From Rhina ancylostomus (Eukaryota): a DNA stretch of 64,000 bases. Shown here piece after piece: positions 51,060-64,000 of this stretch. The stretch is from assembly GCA_030265395.1 (NCBI GenBank), contig JARFYF010000056.1:20292119-20356118 (forward strand), read 5' to 3'. Both the position numbers and the translations under genes were made by a program. Below the pieces are notes generated by a model, which was given only the letters and a program-made list of their open reading frames with translations, did not search any database and was not told where the DNA came from. How positions within the stretch are numbered: the first letter of the stretch is position 1; each line of letters opens with the position of its first letter.

Positions 51060-52445
51060 GAAACAAAATATAGAAAAGAAATGTGTGCCAGAGGATTGGA
51101 AGATTGCCAAGATAACATCCCTGCTCAAAATGAAATAGATAAGCCAGTTAAATAACAGACAAATAGGCAAAATTAAGAAGACAGATTGCAGCAGGCGAAT
51201 GCATGGAGATGGATTGTTAAATGCGAGTGCAGTTCAGTAAATTCAAAAGTTTCTTGAAGAAGTACTGAAGGACTTAAATTTTTAAAAAAATGAATGGGTA
51301 TGTATGAATTTTCCAAGAGTGTATGATCTGATGTTATTTGAGAAGTTTGTTAATTAATGAATGACAAATGATATCAAAAAAGTTTGGTGAATAAGATGTT
51401 GGTTAGAGATCAGAAGGTGGTGGATACTAGTTGATGGTCCAGACTTTACAGTTCTAATTAACTATCACATCCACTGTCATTACACTGAAACTGACAGCAA
51501 TTCCAGGTTGTCTCAACTGATGTAATTTAAGACTGGAATGCCAATGATGCTGTCAGTGATTTAATGCTTCCCTGCCGGCTGTGCCAGATGCAGCATTCGC
51601 CTCTGTAATCAAGGGAAATCAGTGATTTCATGTAAATTTCAGGTATTTACAAAGTAGTCTTCTCTGTAAAATATCTCAAAAATGTGCTTTGTTACGCAAG
51701 CTTTTACTGGGTTTTTAATAGTACGCTCAACATAGCAAACACCTTGATCCCAAATAAATATTTGTGTGTGTGTGTGTGGATTATAATTCCCTCATATAAA
51801 TACTGCATAATTTACATGGGTTTTCATATTTTCCTTTGATCTTTTAAAATACATTTATATTTCTGCTTCTGCCTTCGCTTTCTGTGCATGTACCTAGCAG
51901 TATTGAGTACAATATAAACTGTTTAAAATTAGATAAAAGTTGCCCTTTTTTCCTTCCTAGTTTGATGTCTGTAAAAAGTCAATATGAGTGGCTGCTCTGC
52001 AGTTTAATGATATCTCAACTGCTGGACGTCAGGGATTCCTTTTGAACTTATATCTGACAACAACCAATGTCAGAAGTATATACCACAAAGGGAACTAAGT
52101 CTTCAAGATCAGTGATAGTGTATTCAGGTGGCTGCCAAGCTGAAAAATCCAGGCCATTGAATGTTTTCTGGACTGGAAGAATTTAAAGAAATAATCTACC
52201 CCAGAGGTCTCTGTAAATTCTGCCACGTACCTCAATATAAATAAATGAGTCACGCTCAAGTACATATTGGGCTACAGAAAAACACATCAAACAATTGGCA
52301 GATTTCGCTCCACAAAGTGGACAATCAATAGATTGATACAGATTTGGATGTTAAAGGAAACCAGGGATATGGGGTCAGTGCAGAACTGTGTGCATTTAGC
52401 CAGGCATGAGGCTGATTGGGCCTATTCCAGCTTCATTTTATGTTC
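51060..52445 (+). mobile_element. Old CR1 fragments (~51060-51430 RT N-terminus; ~52000-52445 possible 3' part)
   Basis: VPEDWKIAKITSLLK, degenerate YxxFxKxYD and WLxDQK; later tail-like gggatatggggtcagtgcag...ggcctattccag. Confidence 0.5.
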
Positions 52446-52821
52446 TTCTTTCTTTCCAGAGACCTTTAAATTGTCATGGTGGTCTTGGTTGAAGAATCAG
52501 TTGGTACTGATGCTTGCAATCAATGTCCAATGACCTCCTGGCCTTCTAACCAGAATGCGTGTAGTTGCAGATTGCAGGCGAAAGGTTCAAACAAGTACTA
52601 AAGCAGCAATGGCACATCTCATTCTCACCACAGAAATGAGGGCAGACTCTGGCACCAGCAGTGGGGTAGGTAGTGGGGAAGAGAAAAATGGAAAGATGGA
52701 ATTTGGAAAATTGGATCACAGAGTTGCAGAAGTTTGAAGAGGACAGTTGTGGCAAACTAAATAGGTATTTGAAATTGCAAGTAAATTTAAGGTCAATGAA
52801 AAGGCACTGCTATCTTTAATC

Positions 52822-53340
52822 ATAGCATCATACAACTCAAAATCAGGCCCTTCAGCCTCCTATGTCCATGCCGGTCTTCAAGAACCTCATCTGTACTAAT
52901 CGCATGTACTAACATTTGGTCTGCAGCCTTCTGTGCCTTGACAATTCAAATGCTCATCTGGATGCTTCTTAAATGTTGTGAGAGCACCTGCCTCCATTCC
53001 CCACTCAGGCAGTGTGTTCCAGCTTCCAACCATTCTCTGAATAAAAATGTTCCTCCTAAGAATCCATATAAACCTTTTACCCCTAAACCTATGCCCTCTA
53101 GTTTTAGATACCTCTNNNNNNNNNNNNNNNNNNNNNNNNNNNNNNNNNNNNNNNNNNNNNNNNNNNNNNNNNNNNNNNNNNNNNNNNNNNNNNNNNNNNN
53201 NNNNNNNNNNNNNNNTCTCTGAATAAAAATGTTCCTCCTAAGAATCCATATAAACCTGTTACCCCTAAACCTATGCCCTCTAGTTTTAGATACCTCTGCT
53301 ATGGAGAAAAGTTTCCTACCATTTCTGTCCTATCTATTCC
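52822..53340 (-). mobile_element. CR1 3' end spanning an N gap
   Basis: caggcccttcagcc tail and cctaaacctatgccctctagtttt (reverse complement of KTRGHRF). Confidence 0.8.
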
Positions 53341-53974
53341 CATCTTGAGTTTCTACTGAAATCACATCAGGAGGGCTTGGTCATTACAGGAAGGCAGGTG
53401 AACAAGACTCAAGGGTTAAGTATGGCCTAGTCCTTCTTCCAATGAGGAAGTCAGTACATCCAAGGGAGATGTAATGTCCAGTCTGACTGTATTACCTTCC
53501 AACCAAATTGTGCATAGTTTAAACTACCTATTGGTATTGTTAATAGTTAGAAAACAGCCCATAGATTTGTGAATGGTTAAGAGTTGTGCATGAATTTGAT
53601 ATGTTGGCAAAAAATGTAAGCAGGAGGTAGACATGTTACAGAGTGGAGTTAATATCAAACCGAAAGAGGTACATGAAGACTCATGCAGCATCAAACAGGC
53701 CACTGAGGTGGAGCCTAGTTTTGGGATCCATGTCGGTTACTTTCATTTCTATTCCCATTTTTATCCCTAGGGAACCACAAAATTCTCCATTTGATTTCAA
53801 ATGCTTCAACTTCACTCACTGCTGGTTTTGCACAAACTATGACTCTGTGTACAGCTGCTCAAATTATCTTTCGTTTCTCTTGCTTTGTGATCAGATCAAT
53901 TTATTTTTATTTCCTGGTTTAGCTCACAACAACTCCACATCCACCTCGCCAATTCCCTTCAGCATTTGGGGAAA

Positions 53975-54200
53975 AAAATCTTGGACTGCTTACAATTGGC
54001 CCTGGTACCTCTGGGCAAGGGAATGGAAAAGTCAGCCAGGGTTCCCCCTCCACTGTTATCCAGTGCTAGAAAATGTACTTTTGTGGATGTTGGATGTGGA
54101 TACCATTGAGCTCAGCCATGGCATTCCTCTCACCATATCTAGACTCACACTTTGAAGAACGTTCACTTGGATGAGACACTGGAAGATGGCTGGAGGCCTT
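53975..54200 (+). mobile_element. Probable SINE body (unnamed family)
   Basis: acaattggccc...aaaagtcagccagggttcc...tatccagtg...ctagactcacac...cacttgg; a related inverted copy appears at ~59140-59300. Confidence 0.45.
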
Positions 54201-54769
54201 AAAATCACATTCCCACCATGTGTCGACTCATTCACGAATGGAGCGCAGAGTGTTATTGGGAACAGTGAAACTGAAGAGGGAAAGTATTTAATTCCCCAAT
54301 GTCCTCGCAGGCAACANNNNNNNNNNNNNNNNNNNNNNNNNNNNNNNNNNTCAGCCTCAAGTCATGCGCCAATTGACTCTAAACATAATAGCCTTTAAAG
54401 TATAATAGAAAAATAAACATTTGCACCTCTTTTTAATGAGCAAACCATGCATAAACCAGTGTTTTGCAGTGCTTGTATTCATTTCCTGTTGAAGTCCTGT
54501 TGATTGGGAAATTGGACCATGTATTCCTTGTCAACGTTCAGCATGTGTCATTTCTCTGTTATATATTGCATACATGATGACATCATCAACACATGTCATG
54601 TGTGTTTCTAAATTCCTGGCAAAAATTGGATCAAGAAGTTGTGACTTCTGTTGTTCACTCATAGATGTACAAAGAGAAAAACACATAACAAGGCTGGAAC
54701 ACGTGAATTAACGGGTCTCCAATGGAACATCAATTTTAGTTTTATTGACTTGCCAACAATGATTTAAAA

Positions 54770-55800
54770 GTGCTGTCCTTTGGCAGAATGGAAGCATTGA
54801 TAAAGACTGTCATAGATGCTGCGATCTGTGGTTCCAATGATCGCGATGGCAACAGTCCATTTGTGCCCGAGGCTGGTGCAAGCCACAACATAGCACAATC
54901 ATCCTTACCTCAGTTCATTGGCTGTTTAATCATGTCCCACCTCAATTTCTCCCCTCCCTCTCCATTTCTCTACCTCTGTCTCCATTTCCCCCATCCCTCC
55001 CTGTTTTACTACCTCCCTCACTCCCACTCCCCCTATTTTAGCTCATCTCTCTTGTCAGCCCTGTGTGGTTGCCACGGAGAGTGTGTTTTAACAGCATTGA
55101 ACTGTTCCCTATGTGCAATGTGTGAATAAGATGGCAGCTGGGAGCACTACGAGCAGCTGATCTCTGCAAGTGCAAGGGTTGGCTTCTATCACTTTTAAGT
55201 GAGGGAATACCCACAATAGTGATTGCTCGTTTGAGAATCCCAATTCAGCAATACTTCTGGTGACACCCAATTTACCCACCAAGAATGGGTGAAATCCAAT
55301 TAATATAACTTTGATGTTTTTGGGAAACATTTTCCAGTATCCCAACATTTATATTGCACTAAATTGAGCAAAGGAATGGACACAATCATTCAGTAGGAGT
55401 GAAATAATGGAACGCAAGCCTGCTGGCAGTCTTCAGGGTCTACATTGGATGGTTACAGGTTCTGTTGGTCAGGATTTATGGAGCACATACATCAAGTTCA
55501 TCATCCAAAGTCCTGTGTAACTCAAGAACTGTCTATAGAATTCAGGAACTGCCCTCTGTGACTCTATAATTCTATAACAAGAAAAAGCAAGTGACAAGTT
55601 TAAGAGATTCAGCAGCCACATAGAAAAATGGGAGAACTCTGCCCACCATATTTCAAGCTGGAGGAGCCATGTCAAAAATGGCATATCCATTATGGAGTGC
55701 CACTGGCAAGTTCAGGCTGAGAGCCACAGGTGAGGCAAGAAACAGTGAGTGCTCCAACCTCCATCTATCAAGTGGACTTGGAACCACTGTTAGAAAGCTT
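54770..55800. mobile_element. Harbinger fossil: Myb-like ORF (+, ~54770-54910) converging on transposase N-half (-, ~55380-55720)
   Basis: Plus strand: SFGRMEALIKTV...VPEAGAS. Minus strand: LPVAL, HGS, FSHFS, LVT, QRAVPEFYR, YVLHKS*P, FHS in Harbinger order. Confidence 0.4.
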
Positions 55801-56134
55801 GCAGCTTCTTCATCAGGCTCTTGTGCCACACAATTGCCAAACATTATTGACTAAGTGACTTTGTTGCTTCTCCTTCTATCTGTTGTGAAAACAGAGAGCC
55901 TTCTTCAGTTAATAAAGGAATATCTACTCCGAGGTCTTTGCATTAAATGGTGTATAATTAGTCTGGAATGATATTGGATGCAATATCATTACAAGTTCCT
56001 GTGGTTATATTTCTTGTACCATAGTTGAATCAGAATGTTTATTCCTCAGCAGCAATCAATAGCGGGCTGCACTCCAGAGTTGCAGAGAAAAGTACCTCAC
56101 ATTCAGCAAGATGGTAAAACATAAAACAAAGGAA

Positions 56135-56256
56135 CCAGAGATAATGGAAACATGAAATAAAAACAGAAAATGTTGGAGATGCTTAGCAGGTCAGGCAGCA
56201 TCAATGGAGAGAAAAACAAAGTTAACTTCTCAGGCAAATGACACTTCATCAGAAAA
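56135..56256 (-). mobile_element. Penelope-derived short repeat
   Basis: aaacagaaaatgttgga...agcaggtcaggcagcatc...gttaacttctcagg...cttcatcaga. Confidence 0.7.
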
Positions 56257-56439
56257 TGGTGAACTGCCCTTCAGTGATATTGTTCAAGAAAGGATGTAAG
56301 CAGTGCTCCCCGATACCAGGCAACATTTTTCTGTGATGTTTTCTGTCTATAAATCAGTAGCAAATTATGAGATTCTTTTCTGGCATCTAATGCTACTTTG
56401 CCAGTTCACCACAATTGCTGTTTCAGACCAAGAGTAAAT

Positions 56440-56732
56440 TGAACAGCACCATTTACTGTTCTTTTACTACTATTGAGACTATTGAACAGTTCCCTAGTAT
56501 GATAAGATGGACTCATGGCCTCACAATCTACCTCGTTATAACCTTGCACCTTATTGTCTACCTATACTGCGCTTTCTCCGTGGCTGTGACACTTTACTCT
56601 GCATTCTATGTTGTTTTACCTTGTACTGCCTCAATGCACTGTCTAATAAATTGACTTGTATGAACGGTATGCAAGGCAAGTTTTTCACAGTCCCTCAGTA
56701 CAAGTAACAATAATAAATCAATTCCAATTCCA
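56440..56732 (+). mobile_element. LINE 3' UTR, probably Rex1/Babar clade
   Basis: cctcacaatctacctcgtt...ttttcacagtccctcagtacaagtaacaataataaa followed by an (ATTCCA)n tail. Confidence 0.6.
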
Positions 56733-56764
56733 TTTTAAGATGAAGTCATTTAAGGTTAAATCAT

Positions 56765-57530
56765 CCAGGAACAGAAGTAGATCATGTCCTCCCTGGAGTC
56801 TGCACTACCATTCAATAAGATTGTGGCTGATCTGATTTTGGCTTCAAGGCCACTTTCCTGCCTTTTCCTCATAAACCTCAATTCCCCATAGGATAAAAAA
56901 GTCCTACCTTAGTTTTGAAAGTATTCAAAGATTCAGCCTCCAGAGGTCTCTACAGCTGAAAATCCCAAAGATTCCTCACCCTCTGAGCAAATAAATAACT
57001 CTTCATCTCCATCTTAAATGAGCGTGCCCTAATCCTGAGACAATGCCCTCTCGGGCTGGAGCTCAAGAGCTCACAAGCAGAAACATCTTTTCAGCAGCTA
57101 CCCTGTCAGAACCCTCTCAGAATCACATATGTTTTAAGAATGTCATCACTCGTTCTTCGAAGCACCACTGTGTATAGACCTAACGTGTCTATACCATGCT
57201 TCATTTCAGCAATTAACCAGTGAACCTTCTCTGAACTGCCCCCAAAGTACTAATACTCCTCTTGAAGTCAGAAACCAAATCTGTACACAGTACTCCAAGG
57301 ACTGGAGACACAGAGACTGCAGATGCTGGAAACCTGGAGCAACAACCATCTGCTGGAGGAACTCAGAGGGTCGAGCAGCATCTGTGGGGGGGAGGGAATT
57401 GTTGATGTTTCGGGTCTAAACCCTGCATTGGTACTCCAAGTACTGTTTTACAAATATCTTGTACCATTGAAGGAAGACTTCCCTTCTCTGATGCAGCATC
57501 CCCTTTGCTGTTGCACAATCATTAATTCGG
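56765..57530 (-). mobile_element. CR1 3' portion, interrupted by an insertion at 57305-57430
   Basis: Reverse tail ccattcaataagattgtggctgatctg; ctgtacacagtactcca (reverse complement of LEYCVQ); CR1 sequence resumes after 57445. Confidence 0.78.
57305..57430 (-). mobile_element. Penelope-derived short repeat with target-site duplication
   Basis: Flanked by GTACTCCAAG(G/T)ACTG at 57290-57304 and 57431-57445. Confidence 0.8.
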
Positions 57531-57544
57531 ATCAGTGACTTTTA

Positions 57545-57670
57545 ATTTGATGAAAAGTCATCAACCTAAGACATTACCTCTGTTTATCTCTCCATGGCTT
57601 CTGTTTGAATTAATAAGTTTTTTCCAGCATATTTTAAAATTTAAGATCTCCAGCATCTGCAGCATTTTGT
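57545..57670 (+). mobile_element. Penelope-derived short repeat, decayed
   Basis: ttgatgaaaagtcatcaacct...tttccagcat...ccagcatctgcagcatttt. Confidence 0.55.
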
Positions 57671-58215
57671 TTTGCATTATTAATCACAGTTCCATTATTT
57701 GGTGGTGTCAGGATGCTCAGAATGTTAAAATTGGTAGAGTTGTTCTGTATGTCATCAACAAGTCAGAGAGTACATACAGGTATAAAGATCACCCACGTGA
57801 TCACTTTTCATTTATTGGCCTAGGCAATGGCAGACAGAAATATCTTATCACAGGATGCATCATAAGCAAATGCAGTTCTGCTCTTGCTAATCAACCAGAC
57901 CCTTGTGCAAACGTACTTTTTAAAAGGACACCATATAATGAATGAGCAAGCTTTCATGCATTAAAAAATCTATAAATGCAAGTTACTTAATCCACTTTAT
58001 TTTTGTTGATTTTGATGCAAACTAATTGATTGATGGATATGTCTAAGATGAGTGCCCTAAGATATTGTATAATCAAGCAGTAAATTCATTCATATAAGGT
58101 GTATAATCTTCTACCAAATAGTCTGTATTTGGGTTTTTGTTGTAGGATAAATGTTGACCAGACACAGACGATAATTTCCATACACATCTACAAAGTTAGT
58201 ATAATAAGGTGCAAT

Positions 58216-58308
58216 GCACACAAAATGCTGGAATTCAATAGGTCAGGCAGCATCTATAGAGAGAAATAAACAGTTGATGCTTTGGGTCGAGGCCCTTCAT
58301 CAGGAATG
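58216..58308 (-). mobile_element. Penelope-derived short repeat with decayed hammerhead core
   Basis: cacacaaaatgctgg...ggtcaggcagcatc...gggtcgaggcccttcatcagga. Confidence 0.72.
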
Positions 58309-60859
58309 GAGGCTGCAGAGGGGAGATCTCCAGAGGTGATGAGGTATAATACAATCTTTTGTTTCCACTTGTGAGACCAGCCACAGGCTTGATTGATTCT
58401 TCCCTTTGAAATACAACCTGTTTCACGATTGTGCTTTCATGCTGATGCAGCTGTAGGTGTGTTTTAAATGACTTTCTAAAATGCCAACGAATTTTACTTC
58501 TGTATATAAGATTGAGTCATGTGAAGAAAAGGTGCCATGTTTGACAGAGGCACCAAGGTGAAGGGTCAAGGTCCACAAACTGAAAAGAAAAACAATGCAA
58601 GCAGTGTATGTCAAGGAATCATTCTTCAATGGTCTAATGTTTGGGTCCGTAAGATCCTGCAAATTATAATAAATAAAACTAAGACTGTAACAGAGCAGGG
58701 TGAATTTTCGATGCTCTGGATCAAAGCTAGCTGGAGTGCTCGGAAAGCTGCAGTGCTTGACATCTATCGGCATTGTGTACTTACATTCACTGGTCTTTTC
58801 AAAATAAACTTAGTTTGCCCGGGGAAATTAAGAAATTGTCCTTTGTAAAAACAGAAAAAGATAACATTCTAGAGGTTGAGGTCGTATGTGCTTCAACCCA
58901 TCCAGTCTTCAAATTACTGCGAAGTTGTTGGAGCATGGTTACATCAGTTGGGGAATAATTGTGAGTCCTTGAACCATTGAGAATAGCAAAACCTACCTTT
59001 AAGAAGATGTTTAGGAAACATTACAATCTACAAAGAGGAAGTCAACATCATCATGTCTGTTTATTGAATCTTGTTAGAGGGGCTGTTTTTGATTCATGAT
59101 CTCTGGCATCAAATTCCTCTGCAAGAGTACAAGCTGCCATATCTGATCCTCATCCCTTACCACATCCAGACCTGCTTCTTTCCAAGGGAATGAGTGGGAT
59201 CAAGAACTATGGGTGACATCTTTCCTTCTGTTGCCCAGAGGTGCTGAAACCATGAATAGTACATGTGAAATCAGCCAGATTGGTGAAAGACCATGCCATT
59301 CCTGCCTCAGTAGCACACTAGTGATTCAGTTATCCACTCACCACCATGGCAGATAGTGGAAAAGTTATTTTTATGCAAAATAAAAAAACAGTATATTTTC
59401 ACAAGGTAACTGCAAACATATTTCCAGCATTTAAAAATGATAAATTGATACCTGACCAATAAATGCAAAGGAAATTATATTAATAATATTAGAAAGTAAA
59501 TAGGCATTTGTCACAATTACAGGTATATTTAAGCAGGTAGTTGATCTATGCATCCTTAGCTTGTTCTTATTACTTATGTAGTGTGCCTTACAAATTAGTG
59601 TTTTGACATAACACTGCAAGGATTATAATTTTGTTCAGAATGCTGAAACTCATCTTCATTTGACAATTAATTATCAACAAATTCTGAATCTGTTTAGCCC
59701 AAGAATGGCTGTGATAATCTGATGAAGAGCACACACAGCTAGACTTGCCAGTGCCTTGTTAATGTCAATGATATTTTGCACAGAGGATTGCCAAAAGAGT
59801 TTGATGGAAACAGTGCAATATCTCTTCAGGAGATCTAGGACGAGAAAGAATGGAGCAAATTTTTCTCCTCACCTAATCCAATTGAAGGATACCGGATGTC
59901 CAAAGGCTGGGAAGGATTGACAACCTGATTTCAAATCAGGTGCAGAACAGAAAGGGAAAGAAATGTAGATGATCTCCAACAACAGTTACAATCTGAAGGA
60001 ATGAAAATTCACACTTGCAATAGTTAATAAATGCTTCCTAATGTCAAAAAAAAATAGATTTGACTTAACTTTCTGTGACCAGTTTACTTTGTATCTACAC
60101 TTGAATGGGAACCCAGACAGGGAGATCGGGCCAATGTATCATTTGAAACTGGAGTAATTTCCTATATATCACAATTACATTTCTTAAAAGAAGATATCCA
60201 ATTCAATAACACAGTAACAGAGCAACTACTTAATGGTAAAAGTGCTTCAGAAACACCTTTAACATGAGTAAATATTGGTTAGTCAGCTTGGCTGCTCATA
60301 TGTAAAAGAAAAAGTCAGATACCCAGTTTCATAGCTAAAATCCATGTATCCATTCTTTCTTTAAACATGAAACCTTAAGTGACAGCTTTATGGGTTTATT
60401 CATGGTCATCTTCATGGCTTGAATATTTCCCTTGTGCCTCTGAACAAAATTAGACAGAAGGATAAATATGCAAGTCTCCCTGGATACTTACAGTTTTACT
60501 GTGATACTTTGCAGTATGCTTTTAACTTATCTGACATGTAATTAATCATTCCATTCATCTTTCTCAAATGCTGCCACATACTGATTAACATGTAAGGAGT
60601 CAAAAATACCATCATATCCCATCTCTTTCCCACTACAGTTTAGATATTTTTTCTACCAGCTATAGTGTCCTTATGACACCCACTTACACATCAAGATGTT
60701 TTCTTACTTTAACTGTATCAGATTTACTCTGCCACTGAATTTGTTAGGCAGATTATATCCATTTAGTTTAGCTATTCCTGTCTGCATTGCTCCATGGGAT
60801 TATCTGTGAAGTTGACCAGTTTGCACCTAGAGCATCTGAATGGGAAGGTGGTGCACACA

Positions 60860-61960
60860 AAATGATGTTACGAATTGGAGAGTAATGCATTAGCATGGAC
60901 AGAGAATCAGTTAAGGGTCAGAAATCAGATAGCAGAAGCAGCCTGTTTACAGGTTGGTAAGCTGCACTGGTGGAGTGCCAAAGGGATCATTGCTGGGCCC
61001 TCATATATTTGTAATTTACATTAATGACTTAATTTAAAAGGTGGTTTGTAATATATCCAAGTTTTCCAATGATACAAAGCTAGGTGGGAGAATGTGCAAT
61101 GAACAAGGTGCAAGGAGTCTGCAGAAGGGTTTAAATGGATTAAGTGAGTGGACTAAATATTGCAGATGAAATATAGAATGGGAAAATGTAAGATTGTGTC
61201 CTTTATAATAGAATACAAATAGAATTGAATAGAATAGAAATTTTCACTTTGGAATAGAAAAGTAGAATATATTCTAAAAAGTGAGTACCTGGCAAATGTT
61301 GATGTATAGAGGAATCTTGGTGTGATGATTCATGAGAATGTAAGAAGTAAATATGCTGCTGAAGCAAGCAATCTACATGGTAAGAGGGCCTTTCAGGCAA
61401 GTTGAATTACAAAAGGTCTTGCTACAGTTTACAGGACTGTGGTGAGACACCTTCTGTGTGCAGTTTGGACCTGCAATGTAGTTTTACATTCAGTGCAATG
61501 TAGTTTTACTCAATACATTCCTGATTTGAGAACTCTTCATTTTAGGAGACATTGATGAAGACTGGTCAATGTTGACAAGAGTTTCGAACAATCAGATATA
61601 CTGAAAAGAGTCTGAGAGGGATAAAGGGTGGATGTTAGGAAGTTATTTCCTTCAAGCTGGAGAAACTATAATGAGAGGGGATAGTTTCAGAATCAAGGGC
61701 TAGCCATTTAAGACTGAGACAAAGGGAAACATTCTTGCACAAAGGATTGCAAATCTCTGGAATTCTCGTCTACAGTAGCTGTGGATGTTCAGTCATTGTG
61801 TTTATTTAATGCTAATCAACAGATTTTTGGATGCCAAGGCAATAAGAGGATATAAGGATCAGGCAGGACTGTGGTCATGAGTCACAGCATCAGTCATGAC
61901 CTTAGCAAATGGCAGAGCAAGCGTGAGGGGCCATGTGGCATACTCTTGCTTCTTTCTCTT
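60860..61960 (+). mobile_element. CR1 LINE RT and 3' end, decayed
   Basis: GVPKGSLLGPHIFVIYIND...ISKFSNDTKLGG; tail atggcagagcaagcgtgaggggcc; internal (AATAG)n expansion at ~61208-61265. Confidence 0.85.
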
Positions 61961-62599
61961 ATATCCCCAGTTGTTTCTATTCATAGCACTAAAGCTGAAG
62001 GCACTGAATTTATTTCCCTTCCCCACTCTGCCCTTGACCCTAATGAGAACCGCTTTTGCTCTTTCGTTCAATTCTTTATACTCATCCAGGTTTAGCATTT
62101 AAGGTGAAATCCATAAGAAATATTACCAAAAGGATTTTGGGGAATCAAAAACATTTTTAACTTTTGTGAAGTTGTCGCTTCTTCAAAAGGAAGTTTAGTC
62201 AGACAGAAGAATTCATTTCCAAAACTGTATTTATGATATATTCTCATTCTATCAGAAGGGCTGTCATCACTTCATAAAGTACTTCACTAATTTCATATTT
62301 TATTATTTCCAGTATTTGGCAATATGTTCTCCAGGTAATGGCTCATCGGCATTCAATTAATACGTTAGTAATTGTCTAGTGTAATATATTTGTATGTAAA
62401 TATACAAATAGGTCACACAGGCAAAAGTAGCACTGTCATTATACATGTGGCAGAACACAAGTATTAGTTGTTGTTATTCTGTAATTAAATCTGCTCCATG
62501 TTCTGGAGATTATGATAGATAGCACGCACCAGTATTACAAGACTGGCTCACAGACCAACTCTAAATACACCGCAATCTGCTTATCTTCAATTTCTTTGA

Positions 62600-63470
62600 A
62601 ATGTGGAGTTTCCCAGCTCTACCTCATCACCACCTCTCATGACCCTTCCACAATATGTAAATTTTCAGACATCTTGTTCAACATCCAGTAAGCAAAAATT
62701 TACACCCATTAAATACTGGGGAAAACCAAAGCCATTTTCTTTGGTCAGCACAAACTACATTTCCCAGGTAATTACTTCATCCTTCTCCCTTGCCACTGTC
62801 TCTGAACCAAGCTGCTTAAATCATATTTGACACCAGGTTAAACTTGAGACGATTTATCCACACCACACAAAAGCCTGCCTATTCTGTCCCTATTATGCCA
62901 TCTGATTCCATATTTAATTCAGGTCTTTCACTCCTGAACTCCTCTTTGCAATCTTTAGTCTGATTATTGCTAGCCTGTCTCCCTCATATTGTACTCCTAA
63001 ACTTAAGGTTATCCATAACTCTGCCTAACCAACTCACAACATATTGTGCTTGTTGACTTCCTGCCAAGCAATACTTTGACTTTAAAATTCTGTCCTTGGG
63101 TTCTATATTCTCCACTGCCTTTCCCCTCCGTCTCTCTGCAATCTCTTTCAAACTTACAATGTACTGAGATGTCTGCTCACCTCCCAATCTGACTTCCTAA
63201 TCATCCTGAATGAAATCACCACACTATTCGTGGCTTTGATGCTGATAATGACCTAATTCCAAAACTTTCCTCCTTAAATCATTTCATCTCTCTAACTCCG
63301 TTCCCTTCTTTAGGACACACCCTACCTACCTCTTTAGCCGAGCTTTTGGTCATCTGCATTGAAATCTTTAAATATGGTACAGATCCAAACTTGGTCTGAC
63401 AATATCCCTGTGAACTTCCCTCAAATGTTTGGCTTTGTTAAAGAAGTTATTTCACAAGTTATTATTATTG
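62600..63470 (+). mobile_element. L2 LINE 3' portion, decayed
   Basis: Pyrimidine-rich; FDFKIL motif; 3' end acctctttagccgagcttttggtca...cctgtgaa...gttaaag...caagttattattattg. Confidence 0.6.
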
Positions 63471-64000
63471 ATCTGCTCACCACTAACAACTGACTTGCTA
63501 TCTGATCACTGGATCGGATGCATTTCTGATTGTGTTCAGCATTTGTATCGATACAAATTTCAAGTTCCCCCTTTAACTACTTATACATGCTTAAATTATA
63601 ACTATAGTGATCACTCCATTTCTTTATATACTCAGAAGCCACCAGACATGTTGAACATTTTACAGCATTTTCAATTCTTTATTTCAAATTTCTATTTTAT
63701 AACTGTGAATATTCCAGTGTGTTGATATTTGTTCAATCTGAGTTGTAGCCTTGATTTAAAAAATAAAAATATTCCTTCCAATGCACTGATTAAAGCTGTA
63801 GAACTGTTGATCATTCAACAGATTAATAATGATTTAGTGAGTGATAACAAGTAAATGGGTTTTATTACTTGCTGTATATTTTCACTTTGAATCATAAAGT
63901 AATACATGTAATGCCAATGATGTATTGGGAATCTTTTATACATTTCACCATTCTGTTTTTCACAGTTTTGAATAGTTTTACAGCTCAAATGTCCTCGGTT

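Larger units (their letters stand above)
47462..64000 (-). other. Inferred large intron of the collagen gene, upstream of the exon pair
   Basis: Ends in the AG acceptor of exon 47408-47461. No other Gly-X-Y exon found by eye; N gaps could hide one. Confidence 0.6.

Noticed and set aside
53034-53297. 82-bp direct duplication either side of a 100-N gap
   Set aside because: Identical except one base and abutting the gap; typical unmerged contig overlap or haplotype artefact.
53643-54155. 170-aa ORF on plus
   Set aside because: Non-ATG start, overlaps a SINE-like repeat, no domain resemblance.

Overview
Eukaryotic, AT-rich, repeat-dense draft-assembly sequence with many N gaps. The repeat content (HE1-type V-SINEs, Deu-domain SINEs, CR1, RTE, L2, Penelope-derived short repeats) points to a cartilaginous fish, probably a ray or shark. 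The only host coding sequence I can support is a pair of 54-bp, phase-0 Gly-X-Y collagen exons on the minus strand (47408-47461 and 47249-47302), separated by a 105-bp intron. The rest of the window is most simply very large introns of that collagen gene, although exons could hide in gaps. Nearly all listed ORFs are spurious or TE-derived. Besides young LINEs and SINEs, there are heavily decayed fossils read from frameshifted motifs: a Crypton-like tyrosine recombinase, a piggyBac transposase, Harbinger transposase/Myb pairs and L1 ORF2. Also present are decayed minimal hammerhead-ribozyme cores in Penelope-derived repeats, a ~65-bp-arm inverted repeat, and a 72-bp non-coding element present twice 12.3 kb apart. 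I found no convincing new multi-gene system. Repeat boundaries are approximate and family names come from recalled consensus motifs, not database searches.
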